Below, piece after piece: positions 1 to 9,822 of a stretch of 64,000 bases of DNA. Within the stretch, counting starts at the first letter, position 1; each line of letters opens with the position of its first letter. The notes beneath the pieces were generated by a model that did no database searches, was not told the DNA's origin, and saw nothing but the letters and a program-made list of their open reading frames with translations. Source of the DNA: Octopus vulgaris. Taxonomy: Eukaryota. The stretch spans positions 194,618,001 through 194,682,000 of the forward strand of contig OX597815.1 of the NCBI GenBank assembly GCA_951406725.2, read 5' to 3'. A program made the translations under genes and the position numbers.

Positions 1-305
1 CTTGACAGACTCCTACAGCTTTGGATGTGCCATTGTGAGGACATGGCTGAGGATTTAAAGTATGCAGTTCAACAGGAAAACCCAAATAACAATATTCAGT
101 TCTCCGAAACGATTTTTAACCTAGCACTGATTGAAATTGACGATCAAGTTTCGGCCATAGGAGGCAAAAATTTGGAAGAGTCTGGTTTTTGATTGCCAAA
201 ACAAATCGTCAAATTAAGGATTTAACTTCAAGAGACATAATAAGAGAGACAAATTATGACATTAAAGTCTTGTCTGCAATTGTGAATGAGCATGAACCTA
301 AGCAC
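1..305 (+). pseudogene. Helitron Rep/Helicase fragment (region just upstream of the PIF1 helicase domain), with stop and frameshift
   Basis: Frame 1 reads LQLWMCHCEDMAEDLK...IFNLALIEIDDQVSAIGGKNLEESGF*, then shifts to RDIIRETNYDIKVLSAIVNEHEPK. This resembles the LW..M.ED / N.AL..I.D / GK.L...G / RE..YD motifs of Helitron RepHel proteins. Confidence 0.7.
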
Positions 306-330
306 TGTGTGCATATGATAACATTTTTCG

Positions 331-377
<47 letters not shown>

Positions 378-544
378 CATTATTATTATTATTGAGTGAG
401 AGAGCAGTGGATGCTCTCTTTCATTCTTTTGTTGTCTTACCATTTCTATTAACACACACACGCACACACACACACACGCACACACACACACACATATATA
501 TAAACCAATTTCAACGTATTTCACCCAGATTTGACGTCGATGTT

Positions 545-668
545 ACTCTTTTACTCTTTTACTTGTTTCAGTCATGTGACTGTGGCCATGCTGTTGAGCA
601 CCGCATTTAGTCGATCAAATCGACCCCAGGACTTATTCTTTGTAAGCCTAGTACTTATTCTATCGGTT
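545..668 (-). mobile_element. SINE family B, 3' fragment
   Basis: Reverse complement of the family B 3' end (gatagaataagtactaggcttacaaagaataagtcctggggtcgat...gaaacaagtaaaagagtaaaagag). Confidence 0.85.
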
Positions 669-746
669 AGTTTGTTTTGAAATAAAGAACTTGATTAGCT
701 TAATAATCCTAACTTAATCCCGGGCAAAGCCGGGTTAAACTGCTAG
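669..746 (+). mobile_element. Helitron 3' terminus
   Basis: GC hairpin CCCGGGCAAAGCCGGG (719-734) followed 8 nt later by CTAG|T (743-747), downstream of the RepHel fragment. Confidence 0.7.
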
Positions 747-793
747 TAGTACATATTATGCGATAAATAATATATGTTATACAATAAATAATA

Positions 794-832
<39 letters not shown>

Positions 833-979
833 GGTTAAGTAATTGAAATTCTAGTGAATTCTAAAGAATTCACATGAATATGGTCCTTAACTAGGATGCA
901 CCGGAAATCTATATGGTGTTAACCATACGACAAGTGGGGTGATTACAAATAGGAAAAAAGCAACAAGAATGGATTAAAA

Positions 980-1067
980 TCTCGGTACGATCGTTTCGTA
1001 CGAGGACATCTTTAATAAGCTACAAAAAATGCAGTGAATACAGATGGCTCGTACTCGTCAGCCGAAA
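980..1067 (-). ncRNA. Minimal hammerhead ribozyme (inverted copy of 1232-1319)
   Basis: tctcggtacgatcgtttcgtacgag...ctcgtactcgtcagccgaaa is the reverse complement of the plus-strand motif. Confidence 0.8.
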
Positions 1068-1231
1068 AAACATCAGAGAATTCCCAAACATCAAAAGGGG
1101 TAGATACAAAAGAGGTTGTAAGATTAGCTGCATTGAAGAAAGTTCGATTCATGGAGATCCGATGAAAGGTTTTAAACTTACAACCTCTTTTGTATCTACC
1201 CCTTTTGATGTTTGGGAATTCTCTGATGTTT

Positions 1232-1319
1232 TTTCGGCTGACGAGTACGAGCCATCTGTATTCACTGCATTTTTTGTAGCTTATTAAAGATGTCCTCGTA
1301 CGAAACGATCGTACCGAGA
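1232..1319 (+). ncRNA. Minimal type I hammerhead ribozyme
   Basis: Stem I TTTCGG/CCGAGA; core CTGACGA (1238-1244); stem II GTACGAG/CTCGTAC; GAAAC; palindromic GATC loop; GTA cleavage triplet (1311-1313). Confidence 0.8.
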
Positions 1320-1345
1320 TTTTAATCCATTCTTGTTGCTTTTTC

Positions 1346-1411
<66 letters not shown>

Positions 1412-2384
1412 GGAGATAGTATGTACGCCCACAGACATACAGACAGAAGCAGAATGTATGCGTACGTTTGTGTGCGTGTGATTTAAATGCATTATATTTT
1501 CTACAGGGAGAATGGCAGAGAGAGAGAGAGATAGAGAGAGAAAGAGAGAGAGAGAGAGTGTGTGTGTATGGGGGGAGACAGTTTGAGAGAGAGTGAGAGA
1601 GTGGTAAAAGAGAACGTCAGATCGATACGGGAAGTTCTGACTGACATAAATTATTTTTCAATCGCTAATTATTTTAATAGTCAATAATGGAATAATTAAC
1701 CATATTTTAAAACCGTAGACGCCATATCTTTTGGTTTTTAGCTTGAGAATAGAAACGGCTCTGGAGAGTAGTACTTGCCGTCTTATTATTCCGCCCTCCT
1801 CCTTTTGTATTGCTTCTCATATAATGTGAAGTCAAGAAAGTCAACAAAAAATTTAATCTTTGAAGTTCTCTCTTGCTTTGTGTTTGGTTGCTATTCGTTT
1901 CTCATTTTCGTGATGCAGAATATTAATTTAACGATACGACAGCCATGTTATTCAATCATTCTTGATGGCTTCCTTCTACCCCAGTAAATAACGAAGGTTA
2001 TCTTACATATAAAGATATGTTTTTGCATCAGAATACCTTAATTAAATTTTCTTTTTAATCCTCATCACATTTTGCCATATTTTAATTCAAAATACAAAGG
2101 ACTAACAAAATATTGACATGCTTACATATTTACATATTTACATACCCTCTCTTAAAAAAAAAGCCTATATTTCCTTCTGGGATTCCAGAAACAAATGCTG
2201 TGGTTTTGTCACAAGTTGGTTTTGATTTGAAGAATCGTCCTTCGTCGGTTCGAAACATATTTATCGATAAATGCCAATCATATTCGTGATTTATGTTATT
2301 ATGAGGCACATAATTCCCAGAACTAGTCAAAAGACAGGAGTTAAAAAAAATATAGTTCATATATTCCCATGGTATTAATTCTTC

Positions 2385-2490
2385 TTCTTGCGCCCTTTTC
2401 AAGCCTAGCCAGTCATGGGCCCGGTTTCCCGGTTTCTATGGCGTATGTGTTCCCCCCTGCTGGACGGGACGCCAGTCCATCGCAGATGAT
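2385..2490 (-). mobile_element. SINE family C-related 3' fragment
   Basis: Matches 10715-10790 (ggtttcccg...tggacgggacgccagtcc.tcgcag); TATTAAT lies on both sides. Confidence 0.6.
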
Positions 2491-2794
2491 ATTAATAAGT
2501 CGAATGAATTGTCTTCAAAGGAAAACAGAAACTGACTTCACTCACTTGTACTAAGGATTACCCCCTGACTTAGAGCAATACATATTTTAAAATGAATAAC
2601 GCAATTTTGCAGGAAACTTTCACAAATGATTGCAGTGTACTGATGTAAAGGTTTTAGGATATCCATGGACGAGCAGGATTATATATTTTTGATTATATAT
2701 GACTTGAGGAAGAGTCATAGCATTTACATGGACACAGTACTATAATCTGAAAGTGCTGTATATCCACTTGAATATGGATATAAAATTACCTTTG

Positions 2795-2807
2795 ATCTAT
2801 CTATCTT

Positions 2808-2898
<91 letters not shown>

Positions 2899-2902
2899 AT
2901 TA

Positions 2903-2992
<90 letters not shown>

Positions 2993-2993
2993 A
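2795..2993. repeat. (TATC)n microsatellite (similar tracts at 16770-16898, 17160-17346, 21628-21716, 22960-23330, 35776-35850)
   Basis: Directly visible tetranucleotide tracts. Confidence 0.95.
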
Positions 2994-3667
2994 TACACGG
3001 TCGTATAGACAACGTGTTTCCCATCTTCAATACTTTCAACTTCTTGAATTAGTATAGTTTGAATTCGAGTTACTAATTTGCTTCCCTAGACTGTAAAAAT
3101 ATAGAATATCATCTTATCCGTTATGAATATATGGACTGAAATTACATGTTTATACTGCTTGGAACATCAGCAACACACTTGGGAAGTATGATAAGATCTA
3201 TGTAAGATAAACGTGATAAGTTGAAAGCGGTTTAATGTTACAAAATGTTTCTGGATCGAAGGGAGTTGTGTGTGAGTTATATATAAATAATTCTAGAGAA
3301 AGAACATTGAAATAGGTTTCGAATTTTCGAAATTCTTTTCCAGCTACCACAGATTGCGGATTTATAAAGGCAAAGGAAAACCTATTCTTAGGATAGCTTA
3401 TGTCTTTGAGAGGAGATATGAATAAAAATCTAGCACACCTCTTACATTTTCTAGAAAAATATTTCGCAGGCACTATCAAAATCAAATGAAAAAGAAACCA
3501 GAGCTACAATAAATTCAGAAGTATGTATTTACTTAAAAACAAAAATGGGACGAAATGTCATGGACTGAGCTTCTTATGCTACATAAAATCATAGCTTGAA
3601 TGACATCTTCATGAAATAAAAGAGCATAACTTTTGATATATTAGAAGCGTGGATGAGTATTAATTCA

Positions 3668-4031
3668 TCCCCTACTCACCGTGGTGGGGACGCTGGCAAC
3701 GGGTAGTGTCAGAGCTATGCCGTCGGGAACTTCGGTTCCTGGTAGGGCCACCCAAGGCGGATTGGTCTGACACCGATTGGTATTAGGGCCACAACCCGGC
3801 AGACGTTGATGAAAATCCTCGGAGTGTCTGCTTCGGCAACCGGCGGCTCCTCGGTCGTTCTGTCCCTGCGTCTGTGGACAATCTGCGGCAAGCAGGATGT
3901 CTCCACATGCGGGATTGTTGGGGACCGCTTGTGAAATCCATATATTCCCACGAAACTTCTTCCATGAGTAGAAGAAGCCGACTCCACCCACCCAGGGTGA
4001 ATGTCGCCACAAGTACAAGTACAAGTAAGTA
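3668..4031 (+). mobile_element. Short bipartite RTE-derived non-autonomous retroelement (RTE 5'UTR fused to RTE 3' end)
   Basis: GC-rich island. The 5' part cgtggtgggg...gagctatgccg...cctggtagggccacccaaggcgga resembles BovB/Expander 5'UTRs (from memory). The 3' part encodes an RTE C-terminus-like RDCWGPLVKSI and ends in an (AAGTAC)n/AAGT tail. Confidence 0.6.
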
Positions 4032-4116
4032 TGTTAATAAAGATCAAGTCAATCTCCTTAGACAGTGTTAGGCAAGCAGATTGATCAGTGTTGAGAGAAA
4101 ATTTCTTATGTTTTCA

Positions 4117-4517
4117 AGGCGGCGAGCAGGCAGAAACGTTAGCACGCCGGGCGAAATGCTCAGATGTATTTCGTCTGCCGCTACGTTCTGAGTTCAAATT
4201 CCGCCGAGGTCGACTTTGCCTTTCATACTTTCGGGGTCGATTAAATAAGTACCAGTTACGCACTGGGGTCGATATAATCGACTTAATCCGTTTGTCTGTC
4301 CTTGTTTGTCTCCTCTGTGTTTAGCCCCTTGTGGGTAGTAAAAAAATAGGTATTTAGTCTGTTTTCACGTTTGGAGTTCAAATTCCGCCGAGGTCGACTT
4401 TGTTTTTCGTCCTTTCGAGATCGATAAATTAACTACCAGTTGCCCACTGGGGTCGATCTAATCGACTGGCCTTCCTACCTCCAAATTCCGGGCCTTGTCC
4501 CTAGAGTATAAAGAATA
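4117..4517 (+). mobile_element. SINE family A (tRNA-like head plus MetaSINE-like core), dimeric form
   Basis: ggcggcgagc.ggcagaaacgttagc head; B-box gagttcaaattcc; core gactttgcctttcat.ctttcggggtcga; TSD atttctta(t/c)gtttt at 4101-4114 and 4517-4530. Confidence 0.9.
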
Positions 4518-5894
4518 TTTCTTACGTTTTAGACTACTTTTAATGGAAATAGATAAGGATAACATTTTCTGTAACTTTAGAGATTGGGGTTCATTTTGTA
4601 TTTGAAATGTTATACCTAGAAATAAGAATTTTGGGTGGTATTAATACGTTTTAGTGAGTCTATTGTGTTAGGAATACTTTTTTTGTATTGTTAAATGTTT
4701 TTCGCTTTATTAAATGTTTTTGAGAGGAAACATTGGTAAACTATTCTTTTTTTGGGATTTAGTAAATGTGTCTAGTGCTCGAAATATGTCAATACTGTTA
4801 TCATTTTCGTATTTTTCACCAGAACTAGAAATCTCCTCTACTTTAGCTCTCAACGATGTCCTAAGTGCTCTAAATAATATGCACACCATTACATAACCGA
4901 TGTTTTACAAGCAATAGAATATCTGTAGAAAATTTTAATTCAACAACAAATTATTCACTGAAAGAAAGAAAATTGTATTTTCTAAAATGAATTCCTTTCT
5001 TACGTAAAATTATATTTTTACTCGTTTTGATTTTGTTTTGAATTGAATTAAAGAAAAGAAGAATAAAAAATATAAATATAAAAAAAAAACACGTTTCTAT
5101 TAACTATTCAGACAATATTTATGAAGAAACTGAATTTACCGCAATTTTGTTTTATGAATTCTTTTTTTCTTTAATATCTGTGTTATTTTGAATAAGATTA
5201 ATCATTAAAGATTTGACGTAATTTCTTTTTCTAAACTTCCAAGTTTATATTGGAAATACGTTCTATTTACTATTTTGTTTCTTTATATACCACTGAAGTT
5301 TTTATAACAACTCCATAACTACAAAAATATCTTTTTTTGTAATTTCCTGGCGTATGGCGAGTGCCAGCCAATAATCCGAGTCTACTCCGAGTAAGCCAAG
5401 TCTGTTCGCGGATTTCAGTTTTCAGTTAAAGCTTATTCAATTCGCTCACGTCACTAATGTCATTGAGGAAATTAGAAAAGCTGCAGGACTTTATTTTCAT
5501 CCGTAATAAATTCACGGTTGAATAAGATATCAATATAATGTTCTGGAGACTCATCATTCTGTTAGTGCAGCGAACCATTGAAATCACAGAGCTTCACGGA
5601 AAAAAGTTATTTTTAAGAATAAATATATTTACTGAAAAATGGCCATTTAGCTATATATAGATTCTCGTAGAATTTTTGAATCGAAGGTATACATTTATCT
5701 TTAAATCCATAAGTGATTTGGTGACTATTTACTTTTTTATAACAATGAATACTGAGATAAAATTTGCATAGTAGTTATGTATCTATTTCTGTGTATAACA
5801 GTATAAGTACATCTAAGTTTCAGTATGTTCATTTTGGATATATCAGGCTGAATAAAAAGTAAGCAACGTTTTGAAACATGAAATTCGTCACAAT

Positions 5895-6097
5895 ATACAG
5901 TTCTATATTTAAGAGATGAGGAATTATGTACATTATTTACATTATTTACATTCGACGGATATTTGTCCTCATCTTGTTTGTTCTTAACACAACGTTTCGG
6001 CTGATATACCTTCCAGCCTTCTTCAGGTGTCTTGGGGGAATTTCGAACCTGGGTTCTCATTCTTAAGGTATTTTTCGATGTTATTATTATTATTATT

Positions 6098-6130
<33 letters not shown>

Positions 6131-6225
6131 ATTCCGGTCAATGCTTGGAATCGACCTCGGAATCTTGGGGTTAGTAGCCCTCGCTCTTAACCACTACGCC
6201 ATAACCCGCTCTTAACCACGGGCAT
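5895..6225 (-). mobile_element. tRNA-headed short element carrying a hammerhead ribozyme
   Basis: Minus strand: A-box TGGCGTAGTGG (6191-6201), anticodon-like loop CTACTAA, B-box-like GGTCGATTCC (6147-6156), (AAC/AAT)n spacer, then an HHR at 5987-6030. Confidence 0.7.
5987..6030 (-). ncRNA. Minimal hammerhead ribozyme
   Basis: Minus strand reads ACAC CTGAAGA A GGCTG gaaggtatat CAGCC GAAAC GTT GTGT: stem I ACAC/GTGT, stem II GGCTG/CAGCC, self-complementary AACGTT in place of stem III, GTT triplet. Confidence 0.7.
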
Positions 6226-6325
6226 NNNNNNNNNNNNNNNNNNNNNNNNNNNNNNNNNNNNNNNNNNNNNNNNNNNNNNNNNNNNNNNNNNNNNNNNNNN
6301 NNNNNNNNNNNNNNNNNNNNNNNNN
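6226..6325. other. Assembly gap (100 N)
   Basis: Run of N. Confidence 1.
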
Positions 6326-6391
6326 CCACGGATTAGCTGTTAGCTAATCCACGGATTAGCTGTTAGCTAATCCACGGATTAGCTGCTAGCT
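6326..6391. repeat. 23-bp tandem repeat with internal palindrome, about 3 copies
   Basis: Unit ccacggattagctgttagctaat; ggattagct/agctaatcc is self-complementary. Confidence 0.85.
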
Positions 6392-6774
6392 CTTCTGGTT
6401 TCACAGAAATTATCGCGAAATTACTCTTAATGATGTAGGAAAGAATGTTAATCAACGAACATCGTATGTCCAGTGCTCCCACCGCTTAAATCTATAATTT
6501 CCAGCTTATTGAGCGTCTCACCGAATTAGTGAAGTGTTATGTTTTTGTTTGCTATAAACAGCAAATAGCGTCTGCAACACCGTATTTTGTTAGAGGAATC
6601 GTAATTCTCTGATGCAATTACTATGTGTTGGAATGGAAGATCTTCAGACAGAGAATGCTATTAGCTAATGTAGATACAGAAATAATGCACCTGGAATATA
6701 TGACGAAGAAATTCAGATGAAACAACTGGAATATATAATGAATGAGTTAAGATGAAACAACCTCCACCGCCACA

Positions 6775-7147
6775 CACTCTTTCTCTCTCTCTCCTCTCTT
6801 TTTCTCTCAATCCTCTCTCTCTTTCTCTCTCCCCTCTCTTTCTCTCTTTCTCCTTTCTCTTTCTCTCCTCTCTTTTTCTCTCAATCCTCTCTCTCTTTCT
6901 CTCTCCCCTCTCTTTCTCTCTTTCTCCTTTCTCTCTCCTTTCTCTCTCTCTTTCTCTCTCTCTCTCCTCTCTTTCTCTCTCTCCTCCCATTCTTTCTCTC
7001 TCTCTCCTCCCATTATTTCTCTCTCTCTCCTCTCTCTCTTTCTCTCTCTCCTCCCATTCTTTCTCTCTCTCTCCTTTCTTTTTCTCTCTCCTCCCATTCT
7101 TTCTCTCTCTCACCTCTCTTTCTTTCTCTCTCTCTCCTCTCTCTCTT

Positions 7148-7180
<33 letters not shown>

Positions 7181-7252
7181 CTCTCTCTCCTCTCTCTCTT
7201 TCTCTCTCTCTCCCCTATGCTTGATAAGCTTACTAAACACAGAGCGCGCACA
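6775..7252. repeat. CT-rich tract plus ~45-bp unique flank, present as an inverted copy at 7812-8115
   Basis: cccctatgcttgataagcttactaaacacagagcgcgcacatct versus agatgtgcgcgctctgtgtttagtaagcttatcgagcatagggg. Confidence 0.85.
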
Positions 7253-7544
7253 TCTTTATGTATGTATGAGTGTATCTATATATGCGTTTGTGGGTGTTTT
7301 CGTGTATATAATAAATCAAATACGTATTTCCTGTTTGAATACAGAATGTATAATTAAAAGTTCTGTGTGTCTGCTTTCAATTCCCTCCAAAACTGTTATC
7401 GTTGTTGTCGTCGCCGCCACCGCCCTCGATGTCGTGGTTGTTATTAGCGTTGTCGTAGTTTGTTGTTGTTGTTGTTGGTGATGATAATGATGACGATGAT
7501 GATGATCGATAATGTTTTCGAAATACATATAAAACATATCTGAG

Positions 7545-7925
7545 CCCCACCCCTTCTGTTACGACACTGACCATGGGATTGCACCTAGTAAGTTATCCTC
7601 CGAGGCACAAGTCCGGACATGGTTGTTTATGGAAGGCCAACAGTCACCCATGCATACCGGCCTCCCCTCTCCACGCCACCGATGTTATCCAAGGGAAAGG
7701 CAAGGGCAATGTATGATACAGCTTGGCACCTGTGACGTTGCAACTCATTTCTACAGATGAGTGAACTGGAGCAACGTGAAATAAAGTGTCTTGCTCAAGA
7801 ACACAACACACAGATGTGCGCGCTCTGTGTTTAGTAAGCTTATCGAGCATAGGGGAGAGAGAGAGAAAGAAAGAGAGAGGATAGAGAGAGAAAGAGAGAG
7901 AGGGGAGAGAGAGAAAGAGAGAGAG

Positions 7926-8001
<76 letters not shown>

Positions 8002-8177
8002 AAGAAAGAGAGGAGAGAGAGAGAAAAAGAAAGAGAAGAGAGAAAGGAGAAAGAGAGAAAGAGAGGGGAGAGAGAAAGAGAGAGAGAGAAAGAAAGAGGC
8101 GAGAGAGAGAAAGAAACGAACTCACAACCTCACGATCGTAAGCTCGACGCTCTAACCACTGAGCCATGCGCCTTCAC
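7545..8177 (-). mobile_element. SINE family C (tRNA-Arg-like head), interrupted at 7812-8115
   Basis: Head gaaggcgcatggctcagtggttagagcg...cttacgatc...gagttcg; body cttgagcaagacactttatttcacgttgctccag. Reminiscent of the described octopus tRNA-Arg SINEs. Confidence 0.85.
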
Positions 8178-8225
8178 ATAAAACATACATATACACACAC
8201 ACACACACACACATTTATATAAATA

Positions 8226-8664
8226 CTAGCAGCATAGCCCGGCGTTGCCCGGGTATGTAAGAGCCCCTAGTAGGCAACGACTAATCCCAATCTAGTCCTT
8301 TCCCTCTAGGGAACGAAGGCGCATGTGTAGGTTGCAATGTCTTCTCTTCACTCCCAAATAACTATTAAACAGCTATCGAGAATTCAACCCAACCAATTCC
8401 TACCAGGAAGAAATTACATTCGAGACTTTACCCCCAACACCGCCACTTCTGCTAATAGCTGCTGCAGCCGCAAGTTTTTCGAATACTTTTTCAGAACTGG
8501 GGGAACTTTTCAAAATTTTCACTGCGTTAGTTTTGAATTATGACATTGGGCTATGTGTGTGTCAAGTTTCATCAGAATCGGTTGAAAGCCGTGGTCAGGG
8601 TGAGGGTACAACCTGACAGACACACAGACACACAGACAGACAAACTGCCGTTTATATATAGAGA
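8226..8664 (-). mobile_element. Non-autonomous Helitron
   Basis: On the minus strand it starts A|TC (tctctatatataaacggc), has internal (CTGT)n-like repeats, and ends with hairpin CCCGGGCAACGCCGGG and CTAG|T. Confidence 0.75.
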
Positions 8665-9082
8665 TATATATATATGTACGTATATTATGTATAAAGCAAA
8701 ATACAATAGGAAATCGCATACAATAGGCAAAATATATGCATATACAATAAATAACTGAAAGGAAATGATGCATTTATAAATAACTGCGCATGTACACATC
8801 TACCGAAACGTCAATTGCACCATAAAATATGGATAATAAACGTGTACAGCTTTCAGTGAAAATTTCCATTCTAAAATTTAGATATATTGTCGCTTGTCGA
8901 CTGGCTTTTTTACGCAATGTGAGTGTTTTCTTGAAGAAAGATTTATGAAAAATTAAAGCATTGCTTTCCTCAAAGGCTGGATCCAGCATACATTTTCCTT
9001 TATCTGTCTCGTTGTGCTTGTTTTCCTTGTTCGTCTTTTCTTTCTTTCTTTCTTTCTTCGATGTCCCGTTATATCTTGCTAA

Positions 9083-9499
9083 AAGGAGTGGCTGTGTGGT
9101 AAGTAGCTTGCTAACCAACCACATGGTTCCGAGTTCAGTCCCACTGCGTGGCATCTTGGGCAAGTGTCTTCTGCTATAGCCCCGGGCCGACCAATGCCTT
9201 GTGAGTTGGATTTGGTAGACGGAGACTGAAAGAAGCCTGTCGTATATATGTATATACATATATATGTATGTGTGTGTGTGTGTTTGTGTGTCTGTGTTTG
9301 TCCCCCTAGCATTGCTTGACAACCGATGCTGGTGTGTTTACGTCCCCGTCACTTAGCGGTTCGGCAAAAAGAAACCGATAGAATAAATACTGGACTTACA
9401 AAGAATAAGTCCCGGGATCGATTTGCTCGACTAAAGGCGGTGCTCCAGCATGGCCGCAGTCAAATGATTGAAACAAGTAAAAGAGAAAGAGAGAGAGAG
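9083..9499 (+). mobile_element. SINE family B (tRNA head, internal TA/TG microsatellite, AAAGAG-type tail)
   Basis: ggagtggctgtgtggtaag A-box region, gttcagtcc B-box, cttgggcaagtg, tail gtaaaagagaaagagag; many near-identical copies in the window. Confidence 0.9.
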
Positions 9500-9609
9500 A
9501 TCAAAATGATTAAACAGTAAAAATAAAAAATGTTTATAGACGGACATTTCATCTAACTGGGTAATGCAGTAAGCATTGAAATGTTTCGAAACTCCATAGT
9601 AATAGATGT

Positions 9610-9641
9610 CCTTCCTTCCTTTCTTTCTTTCTTTCTTTCCT

Positions 9642-9722
<81 letters not shown>

Positions 9723-9822
9723 CTCTTTCTCTCTCTCCCTCTCTTTCTTTCTTTCTTTCTTTCTTTCGATCTTTCTTTCTTTCTTTCTTTCTTTCTTCTT
9801 TTCTTTCTTTCTTGCTTTCTTT
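9610..9822. repeat. (CTTT)n microsatellite
   Basis: Directly visible. Confidence 0.95.

Larger units (their letters stand above)
831..1347. mobile_element. Penelope-type pseudo-LTR with partial inverted copy, inserted between (TA)n tracts
   Basis: 951-1122 is the near-perfect reverse complement of 1177-1347 (54-nt spacer). Each arm carries a hammerhead motif. (TA)n lies on both sides. Confidence 0.65.
1780..4960 (-). pseudogene. Heavily decayed leucine-rich-repeat gene (TLR-ectodomain-like), split by SINE, RTE and microsatellite insertions
   Basis: Minus-strand acceptor ttttctttctttcag near 4958. Broken-frame peptides with LRR-like periodicity include [11 protein letters not shown] (~3015-3048), DPETFCNIKPL, CLTLSKEIDLIFIN, ISKVTENV and VPHNNI. 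Many stops and frameshifts; no TIR domain seen. Confidence 0.4.

Noticed and set aside
3665-4047. Minus-strand ORFs of 110-119 aa as a host exon
   Set aside because: No recognisable protein. Plus-strand RTE UTR similarity and a tandem-repeat tail explain the GC-rich island better.
6135-6203. Candidate genuine tRNA genes (also heads at 8116-8177, 43190-43255, 48530-48604)
   Set aside because: Acceptor stems and T-arms are imperfect, and each head runs into a repeat body, so these are SINE-type heads.
6326-6391. CRISPR-like palindromic repeats
   Set aside because: Repeats are directly tandem without unique spacers; eukaryotic context and no cas genes.
6661-8167. ER/LS-repeat ORFs of up to 201 aa
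   Set aside because: Translation of (GA/CT)n tracts.
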